Part shown: positions 19,084 through 29,163 of the stretch, in pieces
Position numbering within the stretch: position 1 is the stretch's first letter
Layout: every line of letters starts with the position of its first letter
NCBI GenBank assembly: GCA_963845665.1
Contig: CAWJTA010000003.1
Span: forward strand, 767,518-831,517
From: an uncultured Verrucomicrobiae bacterium
GTDB taxonomy: Bacteria; Verrucomicrobiota; Verrucomicrobiia; Limisphaerales; UBA11358
Length of the DNA stretch: 64,000 nucleotides
Direction of reading: 5' to 3'
The notes under the pieces: generated by a model
Databases searched by the model: none
What the model was told of the DNA's origin: nothing
Seen by the model: only the letters and a program-made list of their open reading frames with translations
Position numbers and translations under genes: made by a program

Positions 19084-20532
19084 TCAAACCAGCTGTACGT
19101 CGCGGATGACGAAGCCGTCCTGAATCATTGCAGGCAGCCGCCTGAAATTGATTTCAAGATTTTGTCCCGGCACGGAATAGGACAAATGACGGGTGAGAAA
19201 TTTAACGGCGACTTTCATGAGTTCAACTGCGGTGACTTCGGCCGGGCCGGGATGGCCGGCGGCGGCGTCCCCTTCTGTATGCGGAACACAATCGAGTGGA
19301 GTCACGCGCGTGTTATCGAACCGTTCCGGAAGAAATATATCGGGCGCCGCCCATACCCCGGGATCGTGATTGGTCCCATAAATATCAAGCAGTGTGCGCG
19401 TGTGAGCAGGAAACGCGAAACCGTTCCACTCAAAATTCCGCGCCGTCCTTGCGATGAGCGCGGGAATAAATGGATAAAATCGCCGAACTTCCTGGACGAA
19501 CATTTCATCGTACCCTTTTTTTCCGTTCTGGAGCAGGATTTGGCATTGGGGGTTTTCGTGCAAGGCGTGGGCAAGAAACGTGACGAGAATTGCGACACCC
19601 ACAGTCGGGCGCAGGACATTAAGCAATTCTACGCCCGCCGTATAAGGATCCGGTTGTTTTCCGTTTAATTCCCGATATCGAGCGATTACCAAAGCCGCGC
19701 TGGATTCAGGGGCCTTTAGCTGGGAGCGACGAATTCGCGTGATGACCTGCCTGGCCCAGCGTTCCGCTCGTTTCCGGATGATTCGCGCGCGCCAGTACGC
19801 CGGCCCGAAACGCCGTCCGGAATGAAATTGCACGATTAATTCTTCCGTGCGCCCGGCGACTTCAGATTCATCCAGAGGAACGCCAGCCCAGTTGCAGACC
19901 GTTTCTGTCAGCATCCTGCATAGTTCGGGATACAGAACGGTCTGGTCCTGTAATTTCCATTTCTCCGCATAAACGCGCCATAATCGCCGGTTAATTTGAG
20001 CCAGGTTCTGGATTCGTTCCGGAGTCATGAGCGACAAGAGCATTTGCTTGCGGCGCCGGTGGTTCTCTTCATCGACTTGTTGCACGCCGGTTTTGCCAGA
20101 AAGAATCTTTTGAGTGCGAGCGGGTTGCGCCCCGGCGCGTTGAAAGTATTCCGGGTTGTCAAAAAGGCGGGCGGCTTTGGGCCCGCTCATGCAAATGGCT
20201 GGTTTGAGCGAGAGGCGCGTGCGAAAGACATCGGTTTTCAGACGGGAACACCGCTTGGCAATAAACCCGTAGGGATCACGGGCAAGCGCCAGAGTACTGT
20301 CAATACAGCCGTCATTTGGGACCGAACGCGCGTTTTCAAAAAGGGCGACCTCTTGATCCGCTTCTGCCACGCGCGAATGCGCAGTCCCGTTCCCGGCGTC
20401 GTTCCGGGTCCGGCGCCGCAAGTCCCCGCCTCCAGTGGCGCGGCGGCCTGGACGTTCGTATCCGTCGTTTTCGCCCCGCCAACCGTGGCCTTCATCTTCT
20501 TTACCGGTTAAACGTCCGCGCATGTCATCCAT
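19084..20532 (-). CDS. Cytochrome P450 of CYP152 (fatty-acid peroxygenase) type, lacking the axial Cys
   Basis: ELLNVLRPTV (Arg-Pro), FVQEVRRFYPF (ExxR), LDIYGTNHD and FLPERF are present, but the heme loop reads GHPGPAE instead of GHRCPGE. True start may lie downstream of 20532. Confidence 0.8.
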   Translation of the reverse strand: MDDMRGRLTGKEDEGHGWRGENDGYERPGRRATGGGDLRRRTRNDAGNGTAHSRVAEADQEVALFENARSVPNDGCIDSTLALARDPYGFIAKRCSRLKTDVFRTRLSLKPAICMSGPKAARLFDNPEYFQRAGAQPARTQKILSGKTGVQQVDEENHRRRKQMLLSLMTPERIQNLAQINRRLWRVYAEKWKLQDQTVLYPELCRMLTETVCNWAGVPLDESEVAGRTEELIVQFHSGRRFGPAYWRARIIRKRAERWARQVITRIRRSQLKAPESSAALVIARYRELNGKQPDPYTAGVELLNVLRPTVGVAILVTFLAHALHENPQCQILLQNGKKGYDEMFVQEVRRFYPFIPALIARTARNFEWNGFAFPAHTRTLLDIYGTNHDPGVWAAPDIFLPERFDNTRVTPLDCVPHTEGDAAAGHPGPAEVTAVELMKVAVKFLTRHLSYSVPGQNLEINFRRLPAMIQDGFVIRDVQLV

Positions 20533-20742
20533 GGAACTTCCTTATTCTCGACGGCATAGCCTCCCTTTCGGTTGCTCGTTTTGGTCACGTGGTTGGTTGC
20601 AACTGCAGTCCAATCGTTTTGGGAATATTGCGGGCGAATGATGCTTTAGCTGGCGCCGTGCCATTGGCGAAAAGCCGGAAGACGGGCTCGTTCGAGCGCA
20701 TTTACGGGCCGTTTTCTTGCGTTTTGCAATTCAAATTTGCAT

Positions 20743-21240
20743 TTAGTTTGAAAACATGGGTTTGTATTTCTGTTGTCGTTTTTTAGAAATACCTTCACGA
20801 GTCCGCCGCAGTCCCTGCATGATCGCATCCAGGTCCTCGAGTTTCATTGCGGCCTCATACAATGCCTTCTTTCCTTTTTCGATTTGGTGCCCGAGACGAA
20901 CCAACTCGTCCTTGAAACCAACAACGGGCGACCGAACCTCGACGAACGTTGAAGCCCGGGTATCTCTATGCGGCGAGACTTCCGGCCGGTTCGCTTTAAC
21001 CGATGAACACTGCAATTTTTCATCATCGGGCTCGGATGAATTTCTTCGCGGAGATTTATTCGTAAAAATGTGAACGCGGCTCGGCGCTTTGGACGACGAC
21101 ACGTCCGCCTCATCCACGCGAGACTGATCGGAGGAAACAGGTTTTTTCTCAGCCGCCTTCCCGCGTTGATTGTCGTCTCCTTTAGAAGTGCCCCTCGCCA
21201 TAAATGCGGATTTAACCTGCGACGACTGACGGGTCAACAT
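20743..21240 (-). CDS. Hypothetical protein (charged, low complexity, C-terminal coiled coil)
   Basis: 165-aa ORF with no recognised motif; start uncertain. Confidence 0.4.
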   Translation of the reverse strand: MLTRQSSQVKSAFMARGTSKGDDNQRGKAAEKKPVSSDQSRVDEADVSSSKAPSRVHIFTNKSPRRNSSEPDDEKLQCSSVKANRPEVSPHRDTRASTFVEVRSPVVGFKDELVRLGHQIEKGKKALYEAAMKLEDLDAIMQGLRRTREGISKKRQQKYKPMFSN

Positions 21241-21456
21241 TATTCATCAATCGTTAAGGCATCATTAATATTTCTTTGATTATTTAATAACCAGAACCGG
21301 GTAAGTTTTACTTTTTAAAGAAAGTAATCATTCGGCGTGCCAGGGTTCGGCGGGGCGTGAGTGACGTGTTCCCAATAATTGGCTTGGAGTAGAAAACCAG
21401 CTCATAGCGTCATACACTCCGAATGAAGCGCGCGGACCATGGCGGTAGTGGAAAAA

Positions 21457-21534
<78 letters not shown>

Positions 21535-21740
21535 ATACCATGATTTACGGTGCTTTTACTGCCTTTTGACTCCAATGCCAGAGGCATCAGTTATGAACAC
21601 TTGCTTTATGGGCGATGTGCGCATGAGGCAGCTCACCATGAAAGTGCCTACGTTTGTTCCGCAATTCAAGCAAATTCGTCGACCGAGACGTTCGAATTAA
21701 AGCTTGTCTTTGACTAGAAATCGACGGACATTCTTTAAGT

Positions 21741-21778
21741 GGGGATTATCTTCTTAAACGGGGATTATCTTCTTAAAC
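21741..21778. repeat. Perfect 19-bp tandem duplication (ggggattatcttcttaaac x2)
   Basis: 21741-21759 equals 21760-21778; ends 13 bp before the cheB-cheR ATG. Confidence 0.95.
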
Positions 21779-21791
21779 GGAGAGTGTCTTT

Positions 21792-24700
21792 ATGGCGAAA
21801 AAACCCGGACAGTCTTCGCTGCGTTTGAAAAATACGGCGGCAGACGCGCAAGAATCGATGGAAAAATCGCGGCTCCTGACGGAAGCTGCGGATCTCGCCG
21901 AACAGAAATCCGATGATGTCCATCGGGCGATAGAACGCACGCACAAAGACCTTGAGAGTGTCCACAAAAAGGTCCGTGAACGAAGAACCAGCGGTCCTTC
22001 GCTGAAACCATTTCCGATCGTAGGCATTGGGGCGTCCGCGGGCGGACTGGAAGCGACGACCCAACTGCTGGAACGCCTTCCCGCCGATACAAACATGGCC
22101 TTCGTCCTGGTGCAACACCTGGACCCGAAGCACGATAGTTTGTTGACACAATTGTTGTCGCGCGCGACCCAAATGCCGGTCGTTGAAGCGAAAAACAATT
22201 TACAACTCGAACCTAATCGCATCCACGTCATTCCCCCCAACAAAATCATGGGACTTTCCGGGAAACGGCTGAAACTCTATCCCCGGTCGGACGGGAAAGA
22301 CGACCGAATGCCGGTGGATTATTTTTTACGGTCACTTGCCCGGGAAGAAGGAGACCACGCAGTGGGCGTTGTTTTATCGGGCAGCGGTTCGGACGGCACC
22401 CAGGGCTTGCAGGCGATAAAAGCAGGGGGTGGAGTCACCTTTGCGCAGGACGAAGAATCCGCCAAATACACTCCAATGCCCGCAAGCGCCGCGGCGGCGG
22501 GTTGCGTGGATTTCGTTTTGCCGCCGGCAAAAATTGCCGACGAGCTGGCGCGCATTTCCGGTTTTTCACGCAGGACGCCGGCAATGAACACTGAAAAGAG
22601 GCCTCAACCATCCAGTGACGAGAAACACTATGACGAAATCCTGCGTTTGCTGCGCCAGCGGATGTCCGTTGACTTCACCCATTACAAGCACGCGACGATT
22701 CGACGGCGGCTGCAGCGGCGAATGACCCTGCAAAAATTGGATTCGATGACCGATTATCTCGCATACATGCGCTCGCATCCGTCGGAGGCCAGGGAATTGT
22801 TCAACGATATTTTAATTCACGTGACCGGGTTCTTTCGCGATCCGGCGGTGTTCAAAGTCCTGCGAAAGAAAATCTTTCCGCGCCTGCTCCGCGGGAAACC
22901 GCGGGAAGGGGCGGTCCGGGTTTGGGTTCCGGGCTGCTCGACCGGCGAAGAGGTTTATTCAGTGGCCATTTCGCTGCTTGAGGTGATGAACGAAAAGAAA
23001 CTGCATCATCCGGTGCAGATATTCGGAACGGACATTGACGAGGCCATTTTGGAGAAGGCGCGAACGGCTGTTTATCCGGACAGCATCGAGGCCGATGTTT
23101 CGGCGGAACGGCTCCGGCGCTTTTTCACGCGCGCGGACGGCCGTTTTCGCGTGAATAAAACTGTTCGTGAAATGTGCATTTTCGCGCGGCAAAACCTGGC
23201 CGTGGACCCGCCGTTTTCAAACCTGGACTTTATCAGTTGCCGCAATGTGCTGATTTACCTGGGCCCGGCGCTGCAGCGCAATGTCATGCCTGTGTTTCAT
23301 TATGCTTTGCGCTCCGCCGGACTGCTGATGTTGGGCGCGTCGGAAACCGTCGGGAGCGTTTCCGATCTATTTTTGCTGAAAGACAAAAAAACCCGGATTT
23401 ACAGCAAAAAGGCGGTGCAGACGCCGGCGGTGAAATTTTCGGCGGCCATTTCGAAGATTTCCGGCAAAAGCGAAGAAGCCACGCCCATGCCGGTGGCTCC
23501 GGCCGTTCCCGACTTGCAAAGGCAAGCCGACCGGATTGTGCTTTCTGGCTTCGGCCCGGCGGGCGTCATTATCAACAAACGATTGAAAGTGTTGCATTTT
23601 CGGGGACGGACGGGGCTATTCCTGGAGCACCCGCATGGCGAGGCAAATTTCGATTTGCTGAGGCTGGCGCGCGAAGGACTGGCGATGGACCTGCGCGGAA
23701 CGGTTTCCAAAGCGATCAAGCGCAATGCCCGGACTCGGTGTGGGCACGCGCGGGTCAGACAGAACGGCCATTGGCTTGAATGCAGCATCGATGTCATTCC
23801 CTTTAATGCGCCTCCGGTCCCGGAAACATTTTATCTTGTGCTGTTTGAGCCGGAAGCGATTTCTGACCGGAAAGAAAAGAAGGGCAAAAAGTCCCGGGAA
23901 GAAAAACCGTCCTCACGCCGCGCCGATGAGCATGAATTGGAACATCTGCGCGAGGAACTGGCCGCGTCGCGCGAATCGTTGCAATGCGTGATTGAAGAAC
24001 AGGAAACGACGAATGAAGAATTGCGTTCGGCGAACGAGGAAATCATGTCATCGAACGAGGAATTGCAGAGCACGAATGAGGAATTGGAAACGGCCAAAGA
24101 GGAATTGCAATCCACCAATGAAGAGTTGACAACGCTCAACGATGAACTGGAAGGCCGCAATGTAGAATTGGGAGAGGTCAATAATGATCTTCACAACCTT
24201 TTAACCAGCGTAAATATTCCGGTGATTATTTTGAATTCAGATTTGCGCATCCGCCGATTCACGCTCACGGCGGAAAAACTGTTCAAATTGATTCCCAGCG
24301 ACATTGGCCGGCCGATCACGGACATCAATTTGCCGCTGGACATACCCGACCTGGACGGCCAGGTGCGCGAAGTTTTGGATTCGCTCACGCCAAAGGATTT
24401 GGAGTTGTGTGACAAGCAAGGCCGATGGTGGTCGGTGCGGATCCGGGCATACAAAACGATGGACCATAAAATTGACGGCGCCGTCATCGCGCTGATGGAC
24501 GTCCATGTGCTCAAGATGGCCATGGACAAAATCGGCCAGAGCCGGGATTTCGCCGAAGCGATCGTCAATACGGTGCGCGAACCGTTGCTTGTTCTTGACG
24601 AAAAACTGAACGTGAAGTCGGCCAACCAGAGGTTTTATAAAATGTTCAAGGTCAAGCCCGAGGAAACGGCCGGCCGGCGCGTTTACGAATTGGGCAACGG

Positions 24701-24905
24701 ACAGTGGGACATCCCAAAACTTCGCTCGCTGCTCGAAGACATTCTGAGGCAAAATGCCAATTTCAACGATTTTGAAGTCGAGCATCATTTCCCGAATATC
24801 GGCAGAAAGAGAATGCTGCTCAATGCGCGGCGCCTGAGGTTCGCGGGCGATGATGGCGAAATGATATTGCTGGCGATTGAAGACCTGTCGCACGAAGCGA
24901 GTTAA
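21792..24905 (+). CDS. CheB methylesterase-CheR methyltransferase fusion with coiled coil and PAS domains
   Basis: CheB: GASAGG, VQHL, LSGSGSDG. CheR: VTGFFRD, RVWVPGCSTGEEVYS, ISCRNVLIY. Coiled coil NEELQSTNEELET; C-terminal PAS domains. Confidence 0.93.
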   Translation: MAKKPGQSSLRLKNTAADAQESMEKSRLLTEAADLAEQKSDDVHRAIERTHKDLESVHKKVRERRTSGPSLKPFPIVGIGASAGGLEATTQLLERLPADTNMAFVLVQHLDPKHDSLLTQLLSRATQMPVVEAKNNLQLEPNRIHVIPPNKIMGLSGKRLKLYPRSDGKDDRMPVDYFLRSLAREEGDHAVGVVLSGSGSDGTQGLQAIKAGGGVTFAQDEESAKYTPMPASAAAAGCVDFVLPPAKIADELARISGFSRRTPAMNTEKRPQPSSDEKHYDEILRLLRQRMSVDFTHYKHATIRRRLQRRMTLQKLDSMTDYLAYMRSHPSEARELFNDILIHVTGFFRDPAVFKVLRKKIFPRLLRGKPREGAVRVWVPGCSTGEEVYSVAISLLEVMNEKKLHHPVQIFGTDIDEAILEKARTAVYPDSIEADVSAERLRRFFTRADGRFRVNKTVREMCIFARQNLAVDPPFSNLDFISCRNVLIYLGPALQRNVMPVFHYALRSAGLLMLGASETVGSVSDLFLLKDKKTRIYSKKAVQTPAVKFSAAISKISGKSEEATPMPVAPAVPDLQRQADRIVLSGFGPAGVIINKRLKVLHFRGRTGLFLEHPHGEANFDLLRLAREGLAMDLRGTVSKAIKRNARTRCGHARVRQNGHWLECSIDVIPFNAPPVPETFYLVLFEPEAISDRKEKKGKKSREEKPSSRRADEHELEHLREELAASRESLQCVIEEQETTNEELRSANEEIMSSNEELQSTNEELETAKEELQSTNEELTTLNDELEGRNVELGEVNNDLHNLLTSVNIPVIILNSDLRIRRFTLTAEKLFKLIPSDIGRPITDINLPLDIPDLDGQVREVLDSLTPKDLELCDKQGRWWSVRIRAYKTMDHKIDGAVIALMDVHVLKMAMDKIGQSRDFAEAIVNTVREPLLVLDEKLNVKSANQRFYKMFKVKPEETAGRRVYELGNGQWDIPKLRSLLEDILRQNANFNDFEVEHHFPNIGRKRMLLNARRLRFAGDDGEMILLAIEDLSHEAS

Positions 24906-24945
24906 ACTGTTTGGAATATGTAAATGCGAAAGCTGGATTGAAATT

Positions 24946-26988
24946 ATGGCGACAAGAGTTTCCAAATCCCGCCTGCGAAGGGCGGGTCGAAATAAAAGAA
25001 CGGTCAAACTCCATTTTGACCGTGTCCGAATCCGCCGCGCAGAGCCGGAATCGGAATATCGAACATTACTGGAAGATCAATCGAAACTTGAAATCTCCCG
25101 GGCGCGTTATGTGGAACTTTACGACGCCGCGCCGGTCGGCTACGTGACCTTGAGCCGTTCGGGCCTCATCGAGGAAGTGAACCTGATGGGGGCGCAACTT
25201 TTGGGGCTCCCCCGTTCGCAGCTATTTGGCAGTCCGTTGGCGGTCTTTATCGCCAAGGCGGACCAGCCGAAGTTTTTGCGATTTCTATCATCCATGCGCC
25301 GCAGGCCGGAGCGTCGCAGCGCGCACCTGGAATTGCAGGGCAAGGCCGTCCGGCCGGCCTGTGTCGAACTGATTGCCATCCCATCCGTCGTGGAGAAAAA
25401 CCGGCCGGACCGGTTTCAATGCGCATTGGTCGACATCAGCGCAAGACGGAAGGCGGAAAACGATTTGCGCGCCAGCGAGGAAAAATTCCGGACCCTCGCC
25501 AGCCATGCGCCCGTGGGAATTTTTCTGTGCGACAAAAACGGCGACAATATTTACGTGAACGAAACGTGGTGCGCGATGGCGGATTTTACCAGTGAACACG
25601 CTCGCGGCAAAGGCTGGCTTAGAACAGTGCATCCCGACGACCGTGAACGGGTCACGTCCGGTTGGGACAAAGCCGTTCGCGAAGGCATGTCCTCAAGCGC
25701 CGAATTTCGCTGTGTCCGTCCGGACGGTGGAATCATTTGGGTTCACGGCCACGCGGTCCGGCTTAAAGATGCCGAGGGACAATTTGCCGGTTATATCGGC
25801 ACCGTGGCCGATATAACCGAACGCAAACGGGCCGAGGCGGGGTGGAGGCATATTCATGAGCAAACGTTGATCGCATCCCGCGCGAAAGACGATTTTTTGG
25901 CGGCGCTTTCGCATGAATTGCGCACGCCGCTCAATCCCGCGCTGTTGGTGGCCAGCGAAGCTGCGGGCAATCCCAACCTGCCGCCATCGGTGCGGGCCGA
26001 CTTTGAAACGATTCGAAAAAATGTCGAGTTGGAGGCGCGCCTCATTGATGACATTCTCGATATCACGCGGATTTCGCACGGAAAACTCAAGATCGATTTA
26101 CAGCCTGCCGGGATTCACACGATTTTAAGCGATGCGATTTCCATCGTGCAGGATGAAATGAAACGGAAGAGGATAACATTGACGCTGAAATTGACCGCCA
26201 AAAAGCAAATCGTCCTTGGGGACGCCACCCGGCTGCAACAGATTTTTTGGAATATCTTAAAAAATGCCGTGAAATTTACGCCGGAAAATGGGGCTATATC
26301 CGTTAAAACTGAAACGGGAAATTCCGGCCTGATCGTTAAAATCGCTGACACCGGCATCGGAATGAGTGTAGAGGAAATCAACCGCCTCTTCATGGAGTTC
26401 TCGCAGGGCGCGCATGCGGGCTTCGGAGGATTGGGGCTGGGGCTGGCGATTTCACGCAAACTGGCTGAATTGCATAACGGCTCAATTCGCGCATCCAGCC
26501 AGGGTAAAGGCCGGGGCGCAACATTCACCATCGAATTGCCGCTTGCGCGAAGGCCAGGGAGAATTTCGCCGGCTGCTGAACACATTTCGTCCGGCCGCGT
26601 GGCATTGCCATTGCCTGAAAAACAGGCACAGTCCGTCTCCATTTTGCTGGTAGAAGACCATGAGCCGACGCGCGCGACATTGGCGCGTTTACTTTTGCGC
26701 CGGCATTTCCAGGTGAAAACCGCGGCTTCATTGGCTGAAGCGCGCACCCTGGCAGGCAAGCAGGATTTTGATTTGCTCATTTCCGACCTTGGTTTGCCCG
26801 ACGGCAGCGGATACGATTTGATGATGGAATTTCAACAGCAACATCCTATGAAAGGGATTGCATTGACAGGCTACGGAACGGAAGGAGACATTGCCCGCAG
26901 CGATAGCGCGGGCTTTATCGCGCACCTGACCAAGCCGGTGAATGTCGAATCATTGGAAAATGCCCTCTCTCGCGCCCTTCAAAAATAG
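24946..26988 (+). CDS. PAS-PAS hybrid sensor histidine kinase with receiver domain
   Basis: PAS domains; H-box SHELRTPL, N-box NAVKFT, DTGIG, GGLGLGL; receiver ILLVEDH..LISDLGLPD..LTKP. Confidence 0.93.
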   Translation: MATRVSKSRLRRAGRNKRTVKLHFDRVRIRRAEPESEYRTLLEDQSKLEISRARYVELYDAAPVGYVTLSRSGLIEEVNLMGAQLLGLPRSQLFGSPLAVFIAKADQPKFLRFLSSMRRRPERRSAHLELQGKAVRPACVELIAIPSVVEKNRPDRFQCALVDISARRKAENDLRASEEKFRTLASHAPVGIFLCDKNGDNIYVNETWCAMADFTSEHARGKGWLRTVHPDDRERVTSGWDKAVREGMSSSAEFRCVRPDGGIIWVHGHAVRLKDAEGQFAGYIGTVADITERKRAEAGWRHIHEQTLIASRAKDDFLAALSHELRTPLNPALLVASEAAGNPNLPPSVRADFETIRKNVELEARLIDDILDITRISHGKLKIDLQPAGIHTILSDAISIVQDEMKRKRITLTLKLTAKKQIVLGDATRLQQIFWNILKNAVKFTPENGAISVKTETGNSGLIVKIADTGIGMSVEEINRLFMEFSQGAHAGFGGLGLGLAISRKLAELHNGSIRASSQGKGRGATFTIELPLARRPGRISPAAEHISSGRVALPLPEKQAQSVSILLVEDHEPTRATLARLLLRRHFQVKTAASLAEARTLAGKQDFDLLISDLGLPDGSGYDLMMEFQQQHPMKGIALTGYGTEGDIARSDSAGFIAHLTKPVNVESLENALSRALQK

Positions 26989-27186
26989 ATGAATCCACGT
27001 GAATAAAAACCTTCGAAACTTGTTGCTATTTCATGAAAATGTGGCAGCCTTGACGGGTCTTAAGATCGCTTGTCTTTTGAGGCATGGTAAATCTTCAAAT
27101 GAACGTTGTTCAGTGATGATTTGAAATCCGATGAACGGAAACAGTCTATAGAAAGTAGAGTTTAATCAAGGACGTTAGAAAATCAC

Positions 27187-27519
27187 ATGAATAACAAACT
27201 ATTTGTCGGGAATCTTTCCTTCGACACCACCGAGAATAACCTGCAGGACGCGTTTGCCGCCCATGGCACTGTCACTGAAGCCAATCTGATGATGGATCGC
27301 GCCACCAACCGCCCCCGCGGTTTCGCTTTTGTCACCATGAGCACGGGCGAGGAGGCGCAAAATGCGATCGCCGCCCTGAATGGCACACAATTGGACGGGC
27401 GCTCGATCACCGTCAATATCGCCAAGCCGCGCGAAGAGCGTCCGGCGGGACGGCGCGAATACGGCAGCGGCGGCGGCGGCGGCGGCGGGCACCGGGGCGG
27501 TGGTCGCGGTCGTTACTAG
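27187..27519 (+). CDS. RRM (RNP-1) RNA-binding protein with Gly-rich tail
   Basis: RNP2 LFVGNL, RNP1 RGFAFVTM, C-terminal [16 protein letters not shown]. Confidence 0.95.
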   Translation: MNNKLFVGNLSFDTTENNLQDAFAAHGTVTEANLMMDRATNRPRGFAFVTMSTGEEAQNAIAALNGTQLDGRSITVNIAKPREERPAGRREYGSGGGGGGGHRGGGRGRY

Positions 27520-27540
27520 TCGTTACGCCATATTTTGGCG

Positions 27541-27579
27541 ACGGAGTCCGGGCGACCGGACTCCGTTATTTTACTTTTT
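27541..27579 (+). terminator. Intrinsic terminator-like hairpin between the RRM gene and infA
   Basis: Perfect 11-bp stem acggagtccgg-GCGA-ccggactccgt followed by tattttacttttt. Confidence 0.7.
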
Positions 27580-27793
27580 GAAAGAACAGCCCATCGAAGT
27601 GGAAGGCACCGTGAAAGTGGTCCTGCCGGGGACTATGTTTCGCGTGGAACTGGATAACAAACACCTGGTGCTGGCTGTCATTTCCGGAAAAATGCGCAAA
27701 AAATTTGTCCGTCTCACGGCCGGCGACCGTGTGAAAATGGAAATGTCCCCCTATGATATAGACAAGGCCCGGATCACGTGGCGCTTGCGCTGA
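27578..27793 (+). CDS. infA: Translation initiation factor IF-1
   Basis: TTG start; [56 protein letters not shown]; 71 aa. Confidence 0.93.
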   Translation: MKEQPIEVEGTVKVVLPGTMFRVELDNKHLVLAVISGKMRKKFVRLTAGDRVKMEMSPYDIDKARITWRLR

Positions 27794-27835
27794 CCCGTAC
27801 GGACACATGCCATTGCCTTTTGAAATCTAACCTTT

Positions 27836-28117
27836 ATGAACGCTGAACTTCTGAAACGAGCACTCGAAAAAGTTGGCAACCCGGGTGTTTTGGTCAACCT
27901 GGTTTCACGCCGTGTCCGGCAGTTGAGTTATCGCGACAGTTATTCAAGCCGCGACCTGCTGGCCGGGGGCCTTTTAGGAGCAGCGGACATTGCGTTGCGA
28001 GAAATTATTGAAGAAAAGATGGGATGGGAAATGCCGGAAATAGTGAAATTAACACGTCCTGCACCCGGGAGATTCAAGAACCGCTTCAATATGCACCCGT
28101 CCCCCGTCAAATCATGA
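27836..28117 (+). CDS. rpoZ: RNA polymerase omega subunit-like protein
   Basis: ALEKVGNP.VLVNLVSRRVRQL...DIALREIIE omega-like pattern. Confidence 0.75.
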   Translation: MNAELLKRALEKVGNPGVLVNLVSRRVRQLSYRDSYSSRDLLAGGLLGAADIALREIIEEKMGWEMPEIVKLTRPAPGRFKNRFNMHPSPVKS

Positions 28118-29088
28118 CCGTTTCTGACAGACTCTATATCCAGACCAAGCCGTATGCTCACGATTCGTCCGGCAAGAGCTGGTGGTATATAGTCTCCGCG
28201 ATCGTTTTCCTTGGCGCAGCCGTGACCGGAACTTTTCCCGTTTTCCCGATGTGGCTGCGCATTGTTTGCAGCGGACTGACAGGGCTGTTGATGGTTCGGC
28301 TCTTCGTGATTTATCACGACCAGCAGCACCGGGCCATACTGCCCAAGTCGCGCTTTGCGAGACTGTTGATGCGCCTGCTGGGCATTTGTCTGCTTTGTCC
28401 CAGCGCGATCTGGCGCAGTTCACACGACTACCATCACAGCCATAATTGCAAGTTGCGCAGCGCCAATATCGGATCTTTTCCCATCATGACCCGCGAACAA
28501 TATCGGCAAACTCCCGCCGGGGAACGTTTTCTTTACCTGTTCATGCGCCACCCGCTCACCATTTTGTTCGGTTACATCACGGTGTTCCTTTTTGGCATGG
28601 TAATCCTTCCCTTTTGCAATTCGCCGCGAAAGAATTTCGATTCCATTCCAACATTTCTCCTGCATGGGGCCATTGCGGTTTGGCTGGCCATCCATTGTGG
28701 GTTGCCGGGGCTGGTATTGACGCTACTCCTGCCCTTTTTTATTGCCAGTGCTCTCGGGGCCTATCTCTTCTACGCGCAGCACAATTTCCCGGGAGTCATT
28801 CTTAAAGACAAGGAAGGCTGGACCTTTGAAGGCGCGGCGCTTGAATCCTCCAGTCATTTGAAAATGAATCCGGCGATGGCATGGTTCACGGGCAACATTG
28901 GTTATCACCACATTCATCATCTCAACCATCGAATCCCTTTTTATCGGCTGCCTGAAATTTATCGCGCCGTCCCTGAACTGCGTCGTGCCAGAACTACTTC
29001 ACTTCATCCGCTTGAAATCCTTCGCTGCCTCCGCCTGAAAGTCTGGTGCGTAGAAACCCAGCGAATGGTGGGGGTTCGCGGGCTTTGA
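28114..29088 (+). CDS. Membrane fatty acid desaturase (Bacillus Des-like)
   Basis: His boxes HDQQH, HDYHH, HHIHH; QHNF; RIPFYRL. ATG overlaps the rpoZ stop (ATGA). Confidence 0.9.
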   Translation: MTVSDRLYIQTKPYAHDSSGKSWWYIVSAIVFLGAAVTGTFPVFPMWLRIVCSGLTGLLMVRLFVIYHDQQHRAILPKSRFARLLMRLLGICLLCPSAIWRSSHDYHHSHNCKLRSANIGSFPIMTREQYRQTPAGERFLYLFMRHPLTILFGYITVFLFGMVILPFCNSPRKNFDSIPTFLLHGAIAVWLAIHCGLPGLVLTLLLPFFIASALGAYLFYAQHNFPGVILKDKEGWTFEGAALESSSHLKMNPAMAWFTGNIGYHHIHHLNHRIPFYRLPEIYRAVPELRRARTTSLHPLEILRCLRLKVWCVETQRMVGVRGL

Positions 29089-29163
29089 TTTCCACGGGAC
29101 GCGCCTCAAATCGATGGCCGTCAATGGTACGGAAAAGTTTCAGGCGCCGTTTCCCACGCTGAA

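Noticed and set aside
27380-27577. N-terminal extension of IF-1 in the 137-aa ORF call
   Set aside because: Overlaps the RRM gene and the hairpin; IF-1 homology begins at TTG 27578.
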